Below, in pieces: positions 18,242 to 27,862 of a stretch of DNA of 64,000 nucleotides (position 1 is its first letter; every line of letters begins with the position of its first letter). Both the position numbers and the translations under genes were made by a program. Source of the stretch: Patescibacteria group bacterium (GTDB lineage Bacteria; Patescibacteriota; Minisyncoccia; JAHISW01; Tagabacteraceae); NCBI GenBank assembly GCA_018819015.1, contig JAHJQY010000016.1, positions 18,064-82,063 of the forward strand, written 5' to 3'. The notes beneath the pieces were generated by a model. That model ran no database searches. It was not told where the DNA came from and was given only the letters and a program-made list of their open reading frames with translations.

Positions 18242-20587
18242 TTAATACCAAAAACGATAAATCTCAACCAGTTCTCCCCAGTTGTCTCCGGCCAGCACAT
18301 CAACCGCCACCGGCACGCCCGGAAGATTTTCTTCTTCCATAATTTTTTTAATCACCGGCGCTATTTCTCCAACCAGACTATTTTCCGCTTCAAAAATCAA
18401 TTCATCGTGAACTTGCAAAAGCAGATGTATTTTCCCGGAAAAATCTTTTTTTGATAAAACGCCGTCCAACTTAACCATGGCCCGCTTGATAATATCGGCT
18501 GCCGTGCCCTGAATCGGCGCGTTAACCGCCATTCTTTCCGCTTCTTTCCGAATATATTCAATGGGGGAATTAATTTCCGGCAGATAACGGCGGCGGCCAA
18601 ACATGGTCTCGGTAAAGCCGTTCTTTCTGGCGTTATGTTTTATCTTTTCCAGATAATCGGCCATGCCGGCGAAATCATGAAAATATTCTTCGTAAAAAAT
18701 TCTGGCTTCTTCTTGCGAACAATTAAGATTTTTCTTCAGACTGTTAATGCCCATGCCGTAAATAATGCCGAAGTTGATTATTTTGGCGCGCCGCCTCATT
18801 TCAGAAGTCACTTCTTCAAAAGGAGTGTTAAAAACTTCGGAAGCGACTTTTGCGTGAATGTCTTTGTTGTTAACAAAGGCATCTTTTAATTTTTCATCGC
18901 CGCTCAAGGCGGCGGCTATCCGCAATTCTATCTGCGAATAGTCAAAAGAAATCAAACTCCATTTTTTTGGAGCCACAAAAGCCCGGCGGACGGCGCGGCC
19001 GAATTCAGTTCTGGTGGGGATATTCTGCAAATTCGGCTCGGAAGACGAAAGCCGGCCGGTGGTTGTGCCGGTCTGGTTAAAAGAAGTATGAAGGCGGCTA
19101 TCTTTGTCAACCAATTTAGGCAAATTATCAATATAAGTTGATGTTAATTTTGCCAGTTCCCGGTAGGAAAATATTTCATCTACAATCGGGTGCCTGTCCT
19201 GTATTTTTTCCAGCTCGGAAAAACGGGTGGAAATCGCCCCCTGGCCGGTGCGGCGCATTCCCTTGGAAGAAACGCCCAGCTTGTTAAACAGCGCGTCTCC
19301 TAGTTGTTTGGGAGAATTGATATTAAATTCAAATCCGGCCAGTTTCCAAATTTTCTTTTCCAAAAATTCAAGGCGGCGATGATATTCTTTGGAAATTTTT
19401 TTCAAATGGTCCGTATCCAGCAAAATCCCTCTTTGCTCCATTTTGGAAAAAATATGAATCAGGGGCAATTCCGTTTCAAAAAAAAGTTTGGCAAAATTTG
19501 TTTTCTTAATTTCTTCATTCAATAATTTACTTGCTTCTTTCAGAGAAGGAACTTTTGTTTCGTTTATAATATCTTCAACAGATGGATTAACCCGGCGGGA
19601 ATCCAGCATCCAAAAGGCCAGTTTGGTTTCTTTTTCCAGCGCCGCGCCGTTTTCTTCAAAAGAAGCTGTTTCGTTTTCCGTTTCTCCCAACGGAAGTTTT
19701 TTCAAAAAACTTTTAAAACCGAATTCTTGAAAAAATTCTTTCACTTTGCCGGCCTCAAAACCAACGCCCCATTCGGAATCTTCAAGAGAAAATTCCATTG
19801 GCGCGTCCTTTCTTGTCTGAGCCAGCGCCTTGCTAAAAAACGCTTCCTCCTCGTTTTCTTCAAGCAGTTTTATTATTCTCGGCTTGATACCGGCTCTTTC
19901 AAACAAATCGGGAGATTTTTTGATCTTCTTATATAAATCTTCCAGCGAGCCAAAATTTTGTATCAAAATTTTGGCGGTCTTCTCGCCGATGCCGACCACG
20001 CCGATTATGTTATCCGACGGGTCGCCCATCAGACCCTTAAAGTCAGGGAGAAGCTCTGGCCGAAAACCATATCTTTCTTTAACCGCTTTTTCGTCGTAAA
20101 TAACAGAATCGAACATACCCTTCCGCATGGTAAAAACTTCCACGCCCGGCCGAACCAATTGCAACGCGTCCAAATCTCCAGTCACTATAATAATTTTTAA
20201 TCCTGATTTTTTTAACTGATGAACAATTGAAGCAAGGACATCATCTGCTTCAAAACCGGCTTTTTCATAAATCGGAACGCCGAATAATTTCAGAATTTTT
20301 TTTGATTTCTCAATTTGAGAACTTAGCTCGTCGTCCATTTTCGGCCGCTTGGCTTTATACTGGTCGTAAACTTGATGCCTGAAAGTGGGCTCCGGCAAAT
20401 CAAAACAAGCCGCGATATAATCGGGCTTCAAATCTTTTATGATTTTTAAAAAAGTGGAAATAAAACCGAACAGCGCGCCGGTGGGCTCGCCCCGAGGGGA
20501 AGTCAGGCCGGGCAGGGCATGAAAAGCGCGGTGCAAAACCGCGTGAGAATCAAGCAAAACCAAAGTTTTTTTTCCTTCCCGCGCCAT
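18242..20587 (-). CDS. polA: DNA polymerase I (5'-3' exonuclease + polymerase domains)
   Basis: 'LVLLDSHAVLHRAFHALP' is the 5' nuclease N-terminus. Pol A motifs are 'DYSQIELRIAA' and 'LQVHDELIFE'. Confidence 0.9.
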   Translation of the reverse strand: MAREGKKTLVLLDSHAVLHRAFHALPGLTSPRGEPTGALFGFISTFLKIIKDLKPDYIAACFDLPEPTFRHQVYDQYKAKRPKMDDELSSQIEKSKKILKLFGVPIYEKAGFEADDVLASIVHQLKKSGLKIIIVTGDLDALQLVRPGVEVFTMRKGMFDSVIYDEKAVKERYGFRPELLPDFKGLMGDPSDNIIGVVGIGEKTAKILIQNFGSLEDLYKKIKKSPDLFERAGIKPRIIKLLEENEEEAFFSKALAQTRKDAPMEFSLEDSEWGVGFEAGKVKEFFQEFGFKSFLKKLPLGETENETASFEENGAALEKETKLAFWMLDSRRVNPSVEDIINETKVPSLKEASKLLNEEIKKTNFAKLFFETELPLIHIFSKMEQRGILLDTDHLKKISKEYHRRLEFLEKKIWKLAGFEFNINSPKQLGDALFNKLGVSSKGMRRTGQGAISTRFSELEKIQDRHPIVDEIFSYRELAKLTSTYIDNLPKLVDKDSRLHTSFNQTGTTTGRLSSSEPNLQNIPTRTEFGRAVRRAFVAPKKWSLISFDYSQIELRIAAALSGDEKLKDAFVNNKDIHAKVASEVFNTPFEEVTSEMRRRAKIINFGIIYGMGINSLKKNLNCSQEEARIFYEEYFHDFAGMADYLEKIKHNARKNGFTETMFGRRRYLPEINSPIEYIRKEAERMAVNAPIQGTAADIIKRAMVKLDGVLSKKDFSGKIHLLLQVHDELIFEAENSLVGEIAPVIKKIMEEENLPGVPVAVDVLAGDNWGELVEIYRFWY

Positions 20588-20708
20588 ATATATACCTTAG
20601 TATACATTACTCATATATTATCCAAAACTCTGCGACCGCTTAAAATTGGATAGTGATTAAAATATTGGAAATAAAAAACTTGTGTATAGCCACCGCCGAC
20701 CGGCGTTA

Positions 20709-20750
20709 ACTATATAACCATGTCCGGTCGGACATGGTTATATAGTGTTA
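20709..20750. repeat. Long hairpin element downstream of tsaE (aactatataaccatgtcc-ggtc-ggacatggttatatagtg)
   Basis: 18-bp near-perfect inverted repeat. A related 'actatatag...gttatatagtgtt' element occurs at 49636-49680. Confidence 0.6.
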
Positions 20751-20764
20751 ATTTATTATTGATA

Positions 20765-21214
20765 TTATCGACTTACGAAATCGATAATTCGTCTTTTTTC
20801 GTCCAAATGCTCAAATTTTATCCAGATAGTATTCTTGGGCAGGATTTTTTTAACTTTCTCCGCCCATTCCACCAAAATTATATTTTCCGGATTATTAACC
20901 AACTCCTCCCACCCCAGATATAAAATTTCCTTGGGATTGTCAATTCTATAAGCGTCAATATGTACTAAATTTTTGAATTTCTTGAGTATTACAAAAGTAG
21001 GACTGGTAATTTTATCCTTTATTCCCAACGCCTTGGCAAATCCCTGAACAAAAACCGTCTTGCCCGCGCCCAAATCGCCGCTCAAAGCAATAACACAAGC
21101 CTCGCACGACTTCCGAAGTCGTGTGGATATGATTTTTTTAGCCAGAGATTCGGCCAACTTACCGGTCTGACCGCAGGTGCGACTAATTTTTCTCATAAAC
21201 TCATTACACCGCAA
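20765..21214 (-). CDS. tsaE: tRNA threonylcarbamoyladenosine biosynthesis ATPase TsaE
   Basis: 'LSGDLGAGKTVFVQGFAKALGI...SPTFVILKKF'. Confidence 0.8.
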   Translation of the reverse strand: MRCNEFMRKISRTCGQTGKLAESLAKKIISTRLRKSCEACVIALSGDLGAGKTVFVQGFAKALGIKDKITSPTFVILKKFKNLVHIDAYRIDNPKEILYLGWEELVNNPENIILVEWAEKVKKILPKNTIWIKFEHLDEKRRIIDFVSR

Positions 21215-21269
21215 AATCGAACAGACTGCAATATTGATAAGATTTTTTCAAAATGCTAAAAGAAGAATA

Positions 21270-22337
21270 ATGATTGAGAGAATCAAGCCACTTATTGAAA
21301 ACTCCGGAAGCTTCGGCCTGCTGACCGACCAAAATCCGGAAGACCATGAATTCCTGGCCAAAGAAGCTCTGAAAAAAACAATAAGCCAGAAGTTTTTGCC
21401 TGTTTTAGACCTGCCCCGGCCGCATACGGAACTTCTGGAAAAATGGTCTGCTATAATAAAACCGGTTCAGGAAATTGAATTTCCCAAAAAAACTCTTTTA
21501 AAATTGCCAAAAAGCAAATATGGCATCAAAGAAGTGGCCTACAAAGAAGATGGGGAAAATTTGGCGCTGGTGATAACCTCGGACAACGGCTTAATTTCCA
21601 GCAATGACATCTCTTTTGAAACACTTCTTCCTGAAACAGAAACAGTTTTTTGTTTTTTTGAAAACCAAGCCAAGCTGGAAAAATTTCAAGGCATGCTGCA
21701 ACTGCCCGATAATGAAAAAATAGTATTTCTTTCTCCAAACCGCAGAACGCAAACGGAAAAAGTTTTTGAAATTATAAAAATCTTTAATCCCGACATCCTG
21801 GAAGACGCGGGGATTTCCAGCCTTCTTTACGCGGCCCTTGTTTCAGAAACGAATAATTTTTCAGAAAAAAACACAAAAGAAGTTTTGTCCCTGGGGAGTC
21901 TTCTTTTGGAAAATACAATTCAACATGAAATAATTTCGGAAATTCTGGAAAAAGAAAAAAGCGACATTTCTCCGCAGCTTTTTGGACGCGCTTTGGCGCG
22001 CACTTTTATTGACCCCCTACTCAATATCTCCTGGAGTTTTCTGAACAGCCGAGATTTGCAAAAAACCAACAGCTCATCAATTTCTTTAAAAAGCTTATAT
22101 AAAATAACTCAAAAAATAAGTAAGATTATAACCAGCCAGAATCTGCATATCTTAATTTGGCAGTCCATAGACGGCATACAGGCCTTGGTGGCCGCCGGCA
22201 AAGGCAGGAATGAATCATTCCTTCTGCCTTTTGCCGAGAAAATGAACGCCGCGCCCCAAAGCCGCTTTTTTACGGTGGGGCCTTTCAAAAATTTCTCCGA
22301 GGCGGAAATCTATCTGCGAGACGCTTTAAAAACCTAG
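21270..22337 (+). CDS. Hypothetical protein (possibly a degenerate DHH/NrnA-like phosphoesterase)
   Basis: 355 aa from the internal Met. The catalytic motif is not clear, so the call is weak. Confidence 0.3.
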   Translation: MIERIKPLIENSGSFGLLTDQNPEDHEFLAKEALKKTISQKFLPVLDLPRPHTELLEKWSAIIKPVQEIEFPKKTLLKLPKSKYGIKEVAYKEDGENLALVITSDNGLISSNDISFETLLPETETVFCFFENQAKLEKFQGMLQLPDNEKIVFLSPNRRTQTEKVFEIIKIFNPDILEDAGISSLLYAALVSETNNFSEKNTKEVLSLGSLLLENTIQHEIISEILEKEKSDISPQLFGRALARTFIDPLLNISWSFLNSRDLQKTNSSSISLKSLYKITQKISKIITSQNLHILIWQSIDGIQALVAAGKGRNESFLLPFAEKMNAAPQSRFFTVGPFKNFSEAEIYLRDALKT

Positions 22338-22361
22338 AATAGATGTGATAAAATTAAAACA

Positions 22362-24026
22362 GTGCCTAAATTCCAAGAAGAACAACAAAAAAAGAAGCTT
22401 GAACAAATCAGAGAACGGGAAGAGGAAGATGTAACAAAAATATTGTCTGAAAAATACAAAATTCCTTATCTTGACCTCTCAGAAATGACCATAGATTTGG
22501 ATTACTTGAAAATAATTCCCGAGCAGCAGGCGCGTGAAGCGAAAATGGCCGTTTTTCAGGGGGTGGGGAAGAAAATACAGGTAGCGACGCAAAACCCAAA
22601 ACTTGAGCTCGCGCAAAATATTCTAAAAAATCTGGAGGAAAAATACCAAATCCAAACTTTTTTGGTTTCTCTGTCAAATCTTGAAAAAGCATGGAAAAAA
22701 TACAAGGAAGTTCCGGAATTCGTAGAGCTGAGAAAAGGAATAATTGACGTATCGCCGGAAAGAATAGAAGAATTTTCTTCCCAAACAACTTCTCTGGAAA
22801 AACTTAAAGAAATTTTTAACCAAAGCGTCACCAGCAAAAAAAATCGCAGTATTTCAGAACTGATAGAAATAATGCTGGGTGGAGCGCTGGCAATGGATGC
22901 TTCCGATATCCACATTGAACCGCAAGAAAACAAGGTAAAAGTGCGTTTCCGTTTTGATGGAGTGCTACACGATATTTTAGAGTTCAATCCCCAGCCATAC
23001 CAACTGCTGATTTCCAGAATAAAACTGGTCTCTGAAATGAAATTAAACATAAAAGACCAAGCGCAAGACGGGCGATTTTCAATAAAAGTCAAAGGGTTAG
23101 AAATAGAAGTGCGTTCATCAATTATTCCCAGCCCTTACGGAGAATCAATTGTCATGAGAATCCTGAACCCCAAATCAATCAATGTTCCATTGGAAGCGCT
23201 GGGAATACATCCGGACCTCCTTGAAATAATCAAGAAAGAAATCAAAAAACCTAACGGCATGATATTAACCACCGGCCCTACCGGCTCAGGGAAAACCACG
23301 AGTCTTTACACCTTCCTGAAAGAAGTAAACAGCCCTTCCGTAAAAATCATTACAATTGAAAATCCTATTGAATATCACCTGACGGGAATAACCCAGACAC
23401 AGACAAGGGGGAAAAATTACACTTTTGCCTCTGGCTTGCGCTCAATACTGCGCCAAGACCCTGATATTATCATGGTCGGCGAAATAAGGGACCTGGAAAC
23501 GGCTGAAACCGCGCTGAACGCGGCTTTAACCGGCCACCTGGTCCTATCCACTCTCCATACCAATGACGCCGCCGGCATCATCCCTAGACTAATAGAACTT
23601 GGCGCCAACCCAGCTACAATTGCTCCAGCCATTAATCTGGCCCTGGCCCAACGCTTGGTGAGAAAATTGTGCCAAAACTGCAGAAAAGAATATTTACCAG
23701 ACGAAAAAGAAATGGAAACCATAGAAAAAATCGTTAATTCTTTCCCCCAGGGCAAAAAGAAACCAAATATAAAAAATATTAAATTATTTAAAGCGGTTGG
23801 CTGCGACCAGTGCCGAAAAACTGGTTATAAGGGACGAACCGGCATTTTTGAAGGAATAATAGTTGATGACGAAACAGAAAAATTAATATTAAAAAAACCG
23901 TCACGAACGGAATTAATAGATCGAGCGAAAAAACAAGGATTTTTAAATATGCAGCAAGATGCAATTTTGAAAATAATAAATGGAGACACTTCTTTAGAAG
24001 AAGTAAATAGGGTTATAGAACTTTAA
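22362..24026 (+). CDS. Type II/IV secretion-system ATPase (GspE/PilB family) with C-terminal tetracysteine motif
   Basis: N-terminal T2SSE_N-like domain, Walker A 'TGPTGSGKTT', 'MVGEIRD', 'TLHTND' His-box, and CxxC...CxxC ('CQNCRK','CDQCRK'). Confidence 0.85.
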   Translation: MPKFQEEQQKKKLEQIREREEEDVTKILSEKYKIPYLDLSEMTIDLDYLKIIPEQQAREAKMAVFQGVGKKIQVATQNPKLELAQNILKNLEEKYQIQTFLVSLSNLEKAWKKYKEVPEFVELRKGIIDVSPERIEEFSSQTTSLEKLKEIFNQSVTSKKNRSISELIEIMLGGALAMDASDIHIEPQENKVKVRFRFDGVLHDILEFNPQPYQLLISRIKLVSEMKLNIKDQAQDGRFSIKVKGLEIEVRSSIIPSPYGESIVMRILNPKSINVPLEALGIHPDLLEIIKKEIKKPNGMILTTGPTGSGKTTSLYTFLKEVNSPSVKIITIENPIEYHLTGITQTQTRGKNYTFASGLRSILRQDPDIIMVGEIRDLETAETALNAALTGHLVLSTLHTNDAAGIIPRLIELGANPATIAPAINLALAQRLVRKLCQNCRKEYLPDEKEMETIEKIVNSFPQGKKKPNIKNIKLFKAVGCDQCRKTGYKGRTGIFEGIIVDDETEKLILKKPSRTELIDRAKKQGFLNMQQDAILKIINGDTSLEEVNRVIEL

Positions 24027-24272
24027 ATTGAGCCCTAAAATCTCCAAGCAATAACTTTTAGTGTGGGCACCAAAAGTTTTGGGATTCTCCCGGGATAACC
24101 CTCGCCTATTTGAATAAACAAACAAACCAGGATGTCCTTAAACAAAATCCCTGGAAAGGTAAATAAATAACTTCATTGCTTGGAGATTTTAAAGATCAAT
24201 CCCGCCCAAGCGAGATAAATATTTTGTTTATTAGGTTATTGTATCAATAAAATTAAGCTTTGTCAAGTACCT

Positions 24273-25298
24273 ATGACGACATCAAAAAAAGAGCAATTGC
24301 CAGAAGACCGATACGAAGACCGGTCTTTGGATGTTGCCCTGCGGCCAAAAGCTTGGGATGAATATATTGGTCAAAAAAACATCAAAAAAAATCTGAAAAT
24401 TCTCATAGACGCAGCCGGAGAAAGAAAAGAACCAATAGAACATCTTCTTTTTTACGGGCCGGCCGGCTTGGGCAAAACCACCCTAGCTCATGTTGTTGCA
24501 AAAGAAACAAATGCTTCAATGAAAATCAGTTCGGGTCCGGCCATAGAAAAAGTGGGGGATCTAGCCTCGGTGCTGACCAACCTCGCGCCCGGAGAAATAC
24601 TCTTCATAGACGAAGCCCATCGGCTGAACAAATCCATAGAAGAAATACTTTACCCGGCAATGGAATCAAGGTCGTTAAATATTATAATAGGCAAAGGGGC
24701 GTCGGCCAGAACTATTCAATTGGAATTGCCGCCGTTCACTCTTATCGCCGCGACAACAAAAATAGCCGCCTTGTCAGCGCCGCTGCGGTCTCGTTTTTCC
24801 GGAGGAACTTTCAAATTAGAGCCCTATGAAACAAAAGAGATTGAAAAAATCATCGAGCGCTCGGCAATTATTCTGGGAGTCAAAATAGACGACGAAGCCG
24901 CCCAGAAAATAGCCGAAAGAAGCAGATTCACTCCCAGAGTGGCAAATCGGCTCTTAAAACGCTGCCGCGACTTCGCGCAAATAAACAAACATAAAGTCAT
25001 CAGCCAAGACATAGTAGAACAGACTCTCCAATTGCTAGAAATAGACGAAAAAGGGCTTGAAAACACGGATAGAAATATTATACTGACAATCATAAAAAAA
25101 TTTAGCGGCGGGCCGGTCGGGCTGCAGACATTGTCAGCCGCCACCTCCGAAGACTCGGCAACAATAGAAGACGTTTACGAGCCCTACCTGATTAAATTGG
25201 GATTTATAGAAAGAACTCCTCGCGGACGAAAAGCCACGCCTCATGCCTATGAACATTTAAACATAACCAACCCCGGCCAACAAAACACACTATTATGA
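24273..25298 (+). CDS. ruvB: Holliday junction DNA helicase RuvB
   Basis: 'LLFYGPAGLGKTTLA' plus sensor and arginine-finger motifs. Confidence 0.9.
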   Translation: MTTSKKEQLPEDRYEDRSLDVALRPKAWDEYIGQKNIKKNLKILIDAAGERKEPIEHLLFYGPAGLGKTTLAHVVAKETNASMKISSGPAIEKVGDLASVLTNLAPGEILFIDEAHRLNKSIEEILYPAMESRSLNIIIGKGASARTIQLELPPFTLIAATTKIAALSAPLRSRFSGGTFKLEPYETKEIEKIIERSAIILGVKIDDEAAQKIAERSRFTPRVANRLLKRCRDFAQINKHKVISQDIVEQTLQLLEIDEKGLENTDRNIILTIIKKFSGGPVGLQTLSAATSEDSATIEDVYEPYLIKLGFIERTPRGRKATPHAYEHLNITNPGQQNTLL

Positions 25299-25834
25299 GC
25301 GGGCATTCAAAATGGTCAAAAGTAAAACATCAGAAAGCGCTGACTGACGCGAAAAAAAGCCAGGCGTTTTCAAAAATATCGCGCTTGGTCAGCATTGCCG
25401 CCAAAAAAGGCGGCGACCCAGAAATGAACCCGGGACTCAAATACGCCATCGGCCAGGCAAAATCTGCCAACATGCCATCAGATAAAATAGAACGCGCTAT
25501 AAAAAAAGGGGCTGGCGAGATGGAGGGAGAAAGACTGGAAGAAGTCGTCTATGAAGCTTTTGGCCCGGAAGGCAGCGCCTTGCTGATAACGGGCATCACC
25601 GACAACAAAAACCGGACCACCGGACAAATAAAACATTTGTTATCCGACTTGGGCGCGAAAATGGGAGAACCAGGAACAGCGGCCTGGGCTTTTGAAAGAC
25701 TGCCCGACAAAACGTGGAAGGCTAAAAATTTAATAAATACTTCTACGGAAGGCAAAGAAAAAATCAAAAAACTAATTGAAGAACTGGAACAACACGAAGA
25801 CCTGCAATCTATTTATACCAACGTTAACTTATGA
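25295..25834 (+). CDS. yebC: YebC/PmpR-family transcriptional regulator (short)
   Basis: 'MSGHSKWSKVKHQKA...' Sits between ruvB and ruvC, the conserved position. At 179 aa it is shorter than the usual ~240 aa. Confidence 0.75.
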   Translation: MSGHSKWSKVKHQKALTDAKKSQAFSKISRLVSIAAKKGGDPEMNPGLKYAIGQAKSANMPSDKIERAIKKGAGEMEGERLEEVVYEAFGPEGSALLITGITDNKNRTTGQIKHLLSDLGAKMGEPGTAAWAFERLPDKTWKAKNLINTSTEGKEKIKKLIEELEQHEDLQSIYTNVNL

Positions 25835-26304
25835 TAATTCTGGGAATTGACCCCGGCTATGGCCGGCTGGGCTACGCGGTGCTAGAAAAAAACGACAAAG
25901 AAAACTTGATTGATTGCGGTTGTTTGGAAACAACCTCCAAAGAAGAACATTCAGACAGAATTCTTAAAATAGCCGACGGGGTTGAAAAAATCATTAAAAA
26001 ATACAAGCCGGAAATACTGGCTATTGAAAAAATTTACTTCACGACCAATCAAAAAACAGCGCTTAAGGTTTCAGAAATTAAAGGTATTATTACTTATTTG
26101 GCCCTGAAAAATAAAATGCGGCTTGCCGAATATACCCCCCTGGAAGTAAAGATAGCGGTTTGCGGTTATGGCCGAGCGCCTAAGGAGCAAATTAAAAAAA
26201 TGGTGGATTTGTTAATCAAAGTAAAAAATCCGCCCAAAAACGACGACACCTACGACGCCATCGCGCTGTGTTTAACTTGTTCGGCCACCCTGCCTTGCCG
26301 GTAG
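25831..26304 (+). CDS. ruvC: Holliday junction resolvase RuvC
   Basis: 'IILGIDPGYGRLGYAVLE' and 'YDAIALCLTC'. Confidence 0.85.
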   Translation: MIILGIDPGYGRLGYAVLEKNDKENLIDCGCLETTSKEEHSDRILKIADGVEKIIKKYKPEILAIEKIYFTTNQKTALKVSEIKGIITYLALKNKMRLAEYTPLEVKIAVCGYGRAPKEQIKKMVDLLIKVKNPPKNDDTYDAIALCLTCSATLPCR

Positions 26305-26442
26305 GCAGACCTCTTTACAAAAAAAAGTTTTTCTGATAAACATTATTAAGTCCCGCTTAGGCGAGGCAAACCCCGCCTTATGGCGGGGTAAATAAGGTCG
26401 GAAACCCTTAGATTATATTTAGAATTAAAGTATTTTATTAAT

Positions 26443-26562
26443 ATGGACGAAAAAGAAAAAGAATTAGAGTTAGACGCCGAGAAAACTGACGAAGACGAGG
26501 AAGTAGACGCGGTGGCTGACGACGCGGAAGAAACCGAAGAAGTAGAAGAAGAAACCGAGTAA
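26443..26562 (+). CDS. Possible 39-aa highly acidic small protein
   Basis: ATG...TAA ORF encoding MDEKEKELELDAEKTDEDEEVDAVADDAEETEEVEEETE. A strong terminator follows immediately. It is not in the ORF track because it is under 60 aa. Confidence 0.25.
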   Translation: MDEKEKELELDAEKTDEDEEVDAVADDAEETEEVEEETE

Positions 26563-26570
26563 TTAAAAAC

Positions 26571-26600
26571 AAATCCCGCCAATTGGCGGGATTTGTTTTT
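26571..26600. terminator. Bidirectional rho-independent terminator
   Basis: aaatcccgcc-aatt-ggcgggattt, a 10-bp stem flanked by T-runs on both strands. It overlaps the tyrS stop. Confidence 0.7.
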
Positions 26601-27795
26601 ACCCAAAAACCAACTTAACAAAAACTTTCTTCCCAACCCGGACAACACCGGGATTTATTATTTTGAAATGAATATCACTTATTGCCTCACCATTAAAATC
26701 AATCGCTCCGTCTTTTATAAGTCTGCGAAATTCCATGTTGGAAGAAATTATATTATTAAACAAAAGCGCGTCTTTTAATTCACTGTCTTTTTTAACAATA
26801 ATTTCTTTGGCATCTTCCGGCAACTCTCTTTTTTGAAAAGTTTTTATAAAATTATCTTGGGCTTGTTTAGTTTTTTTCTCTCCAAAAAACAATTTGATAA
26901 TTTCGTGAGCCGCAATTTTTTTAGCCTCCATTTTATCTCCCATTTTTTTAATTTTTTCCACCTCCGGTAAAGGTAGACGAGTATTGTTAACCAGAAAAAT
27001 TTCCGTCATCTCGTCGGGCTGAGACATAATGGCGCCAAACATTTCTCTTGGCGCTAAATCAAGAAAAACTCCGGTGCCACGGCTTTTGGACATCATCTCA
27101 CCAGTCTTGGGGTTTTCCATTAAATTAACCACCAAAACAAACTTATTTTTATTTTTAAATTTTTTTAACAATGTCCGGCCAACCAAAGCGTTAAAAATTT
27201 GATCCGTGCCGCACATTTCCACATCAACATCCAATTCAACACTGTCATAACCCTGCATCAATGGATATAAAAACTCGTGAAGATAAATGGGCTTATTTTC
27301 CGTCATTCTTTTTTGGAACATATCCCGGCCCAACAGCTGCTGGATAGTCAGATTTGAAGCTAAATCCACCACTTTCTCAAAACGAAGTTTGGAAAGCCAT
27401 TTATTATTATATAAAACTTTGGGTGGATTATTTTTATCCTTAAAATCCATCAGGGGACTAATTTGTTCTAGCCACCCCTTAACATTTTCCTTAATTTCAT
27501 CCGAAGAAAGCTGTTTTCTGCCTTCGCTTTGGTCTGTCGGGTCGCCAATTCTGGCGGTAAAATCACCTACCAAAACTATAACTTCGTGACCCAGTTGACG
27601 GAATTCCTCCAAAAGCAAATAATTTTTGGCATGGCTCAAATGAAGAGAAGGAGAAGTCGGATCAGCCCCGATATAAAATCTCAAACATTGACCGCTCAAA
27701 AGTTTATCTTTAAATTCTTTCAAAGAAGGGATAGCGTCTACAATCACGCCCCTGTTTAGAATTTCGTCAATTTTTTTCTCATCTTTTTTTATCAT
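26599..27795 (-). CDS. tyrS: Tyrosyl-tRNA synthetase
   Basis: Class I motifs 'PTSPSLHLSHA' and 'KMSKS', plus a C-terminal S4-like domain. Confidence 0.8.
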   Translation of the reverse strand: MIKKDEKKIDEILNRGVIVDAIPSLKEFKDKLLSGQCLRFYIGADPTSPSLHLSHAKNYLLLEEFRQLGHEVIVLVGDFTARIGDPTDQSEGRKQLSSDEIKENVKGWLEQISPLMDFKDKNNPPKVLYNNKWLSKLRFEKVVDLASNLTIQQLLGRDMFQKRMTENKPIYLHEFLYPLMQGYDSVELDVDVEMCGTDQIFNALVGRTLLKKFKNKNKFVLVVNLMENPKTGEMMSKSRGTGVFLDLAPREMFGAIMSQPDEMTEIFLVNNTRLPLPEVEKIKKMGDKMEAKKIAAHEIIKLFFGEKKTKQAQDNFIKTFQKRELPEDAKEIIVKKDSELKDALLFNNIISSNMEFRRLIKDGAIDFNGEAISDIHFKIINPGVVRVGKKVFVKLVFG

Positions 27796-27862
27796 AGTTA
27801 TAATTTACCAAAAATATTGAATAAATACAATTTTTGTGTTAATTTGCAAGAATAATATCTTT

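Noticed and set aside
26346-26648. 100-aa Ser-rich ORF on the minus strand
   Set aside because: It is the reverse complement of the GAn/GAC-rich acidic mini-ORF and the terminator. The poly-Ser translation is an artefact of that composition.
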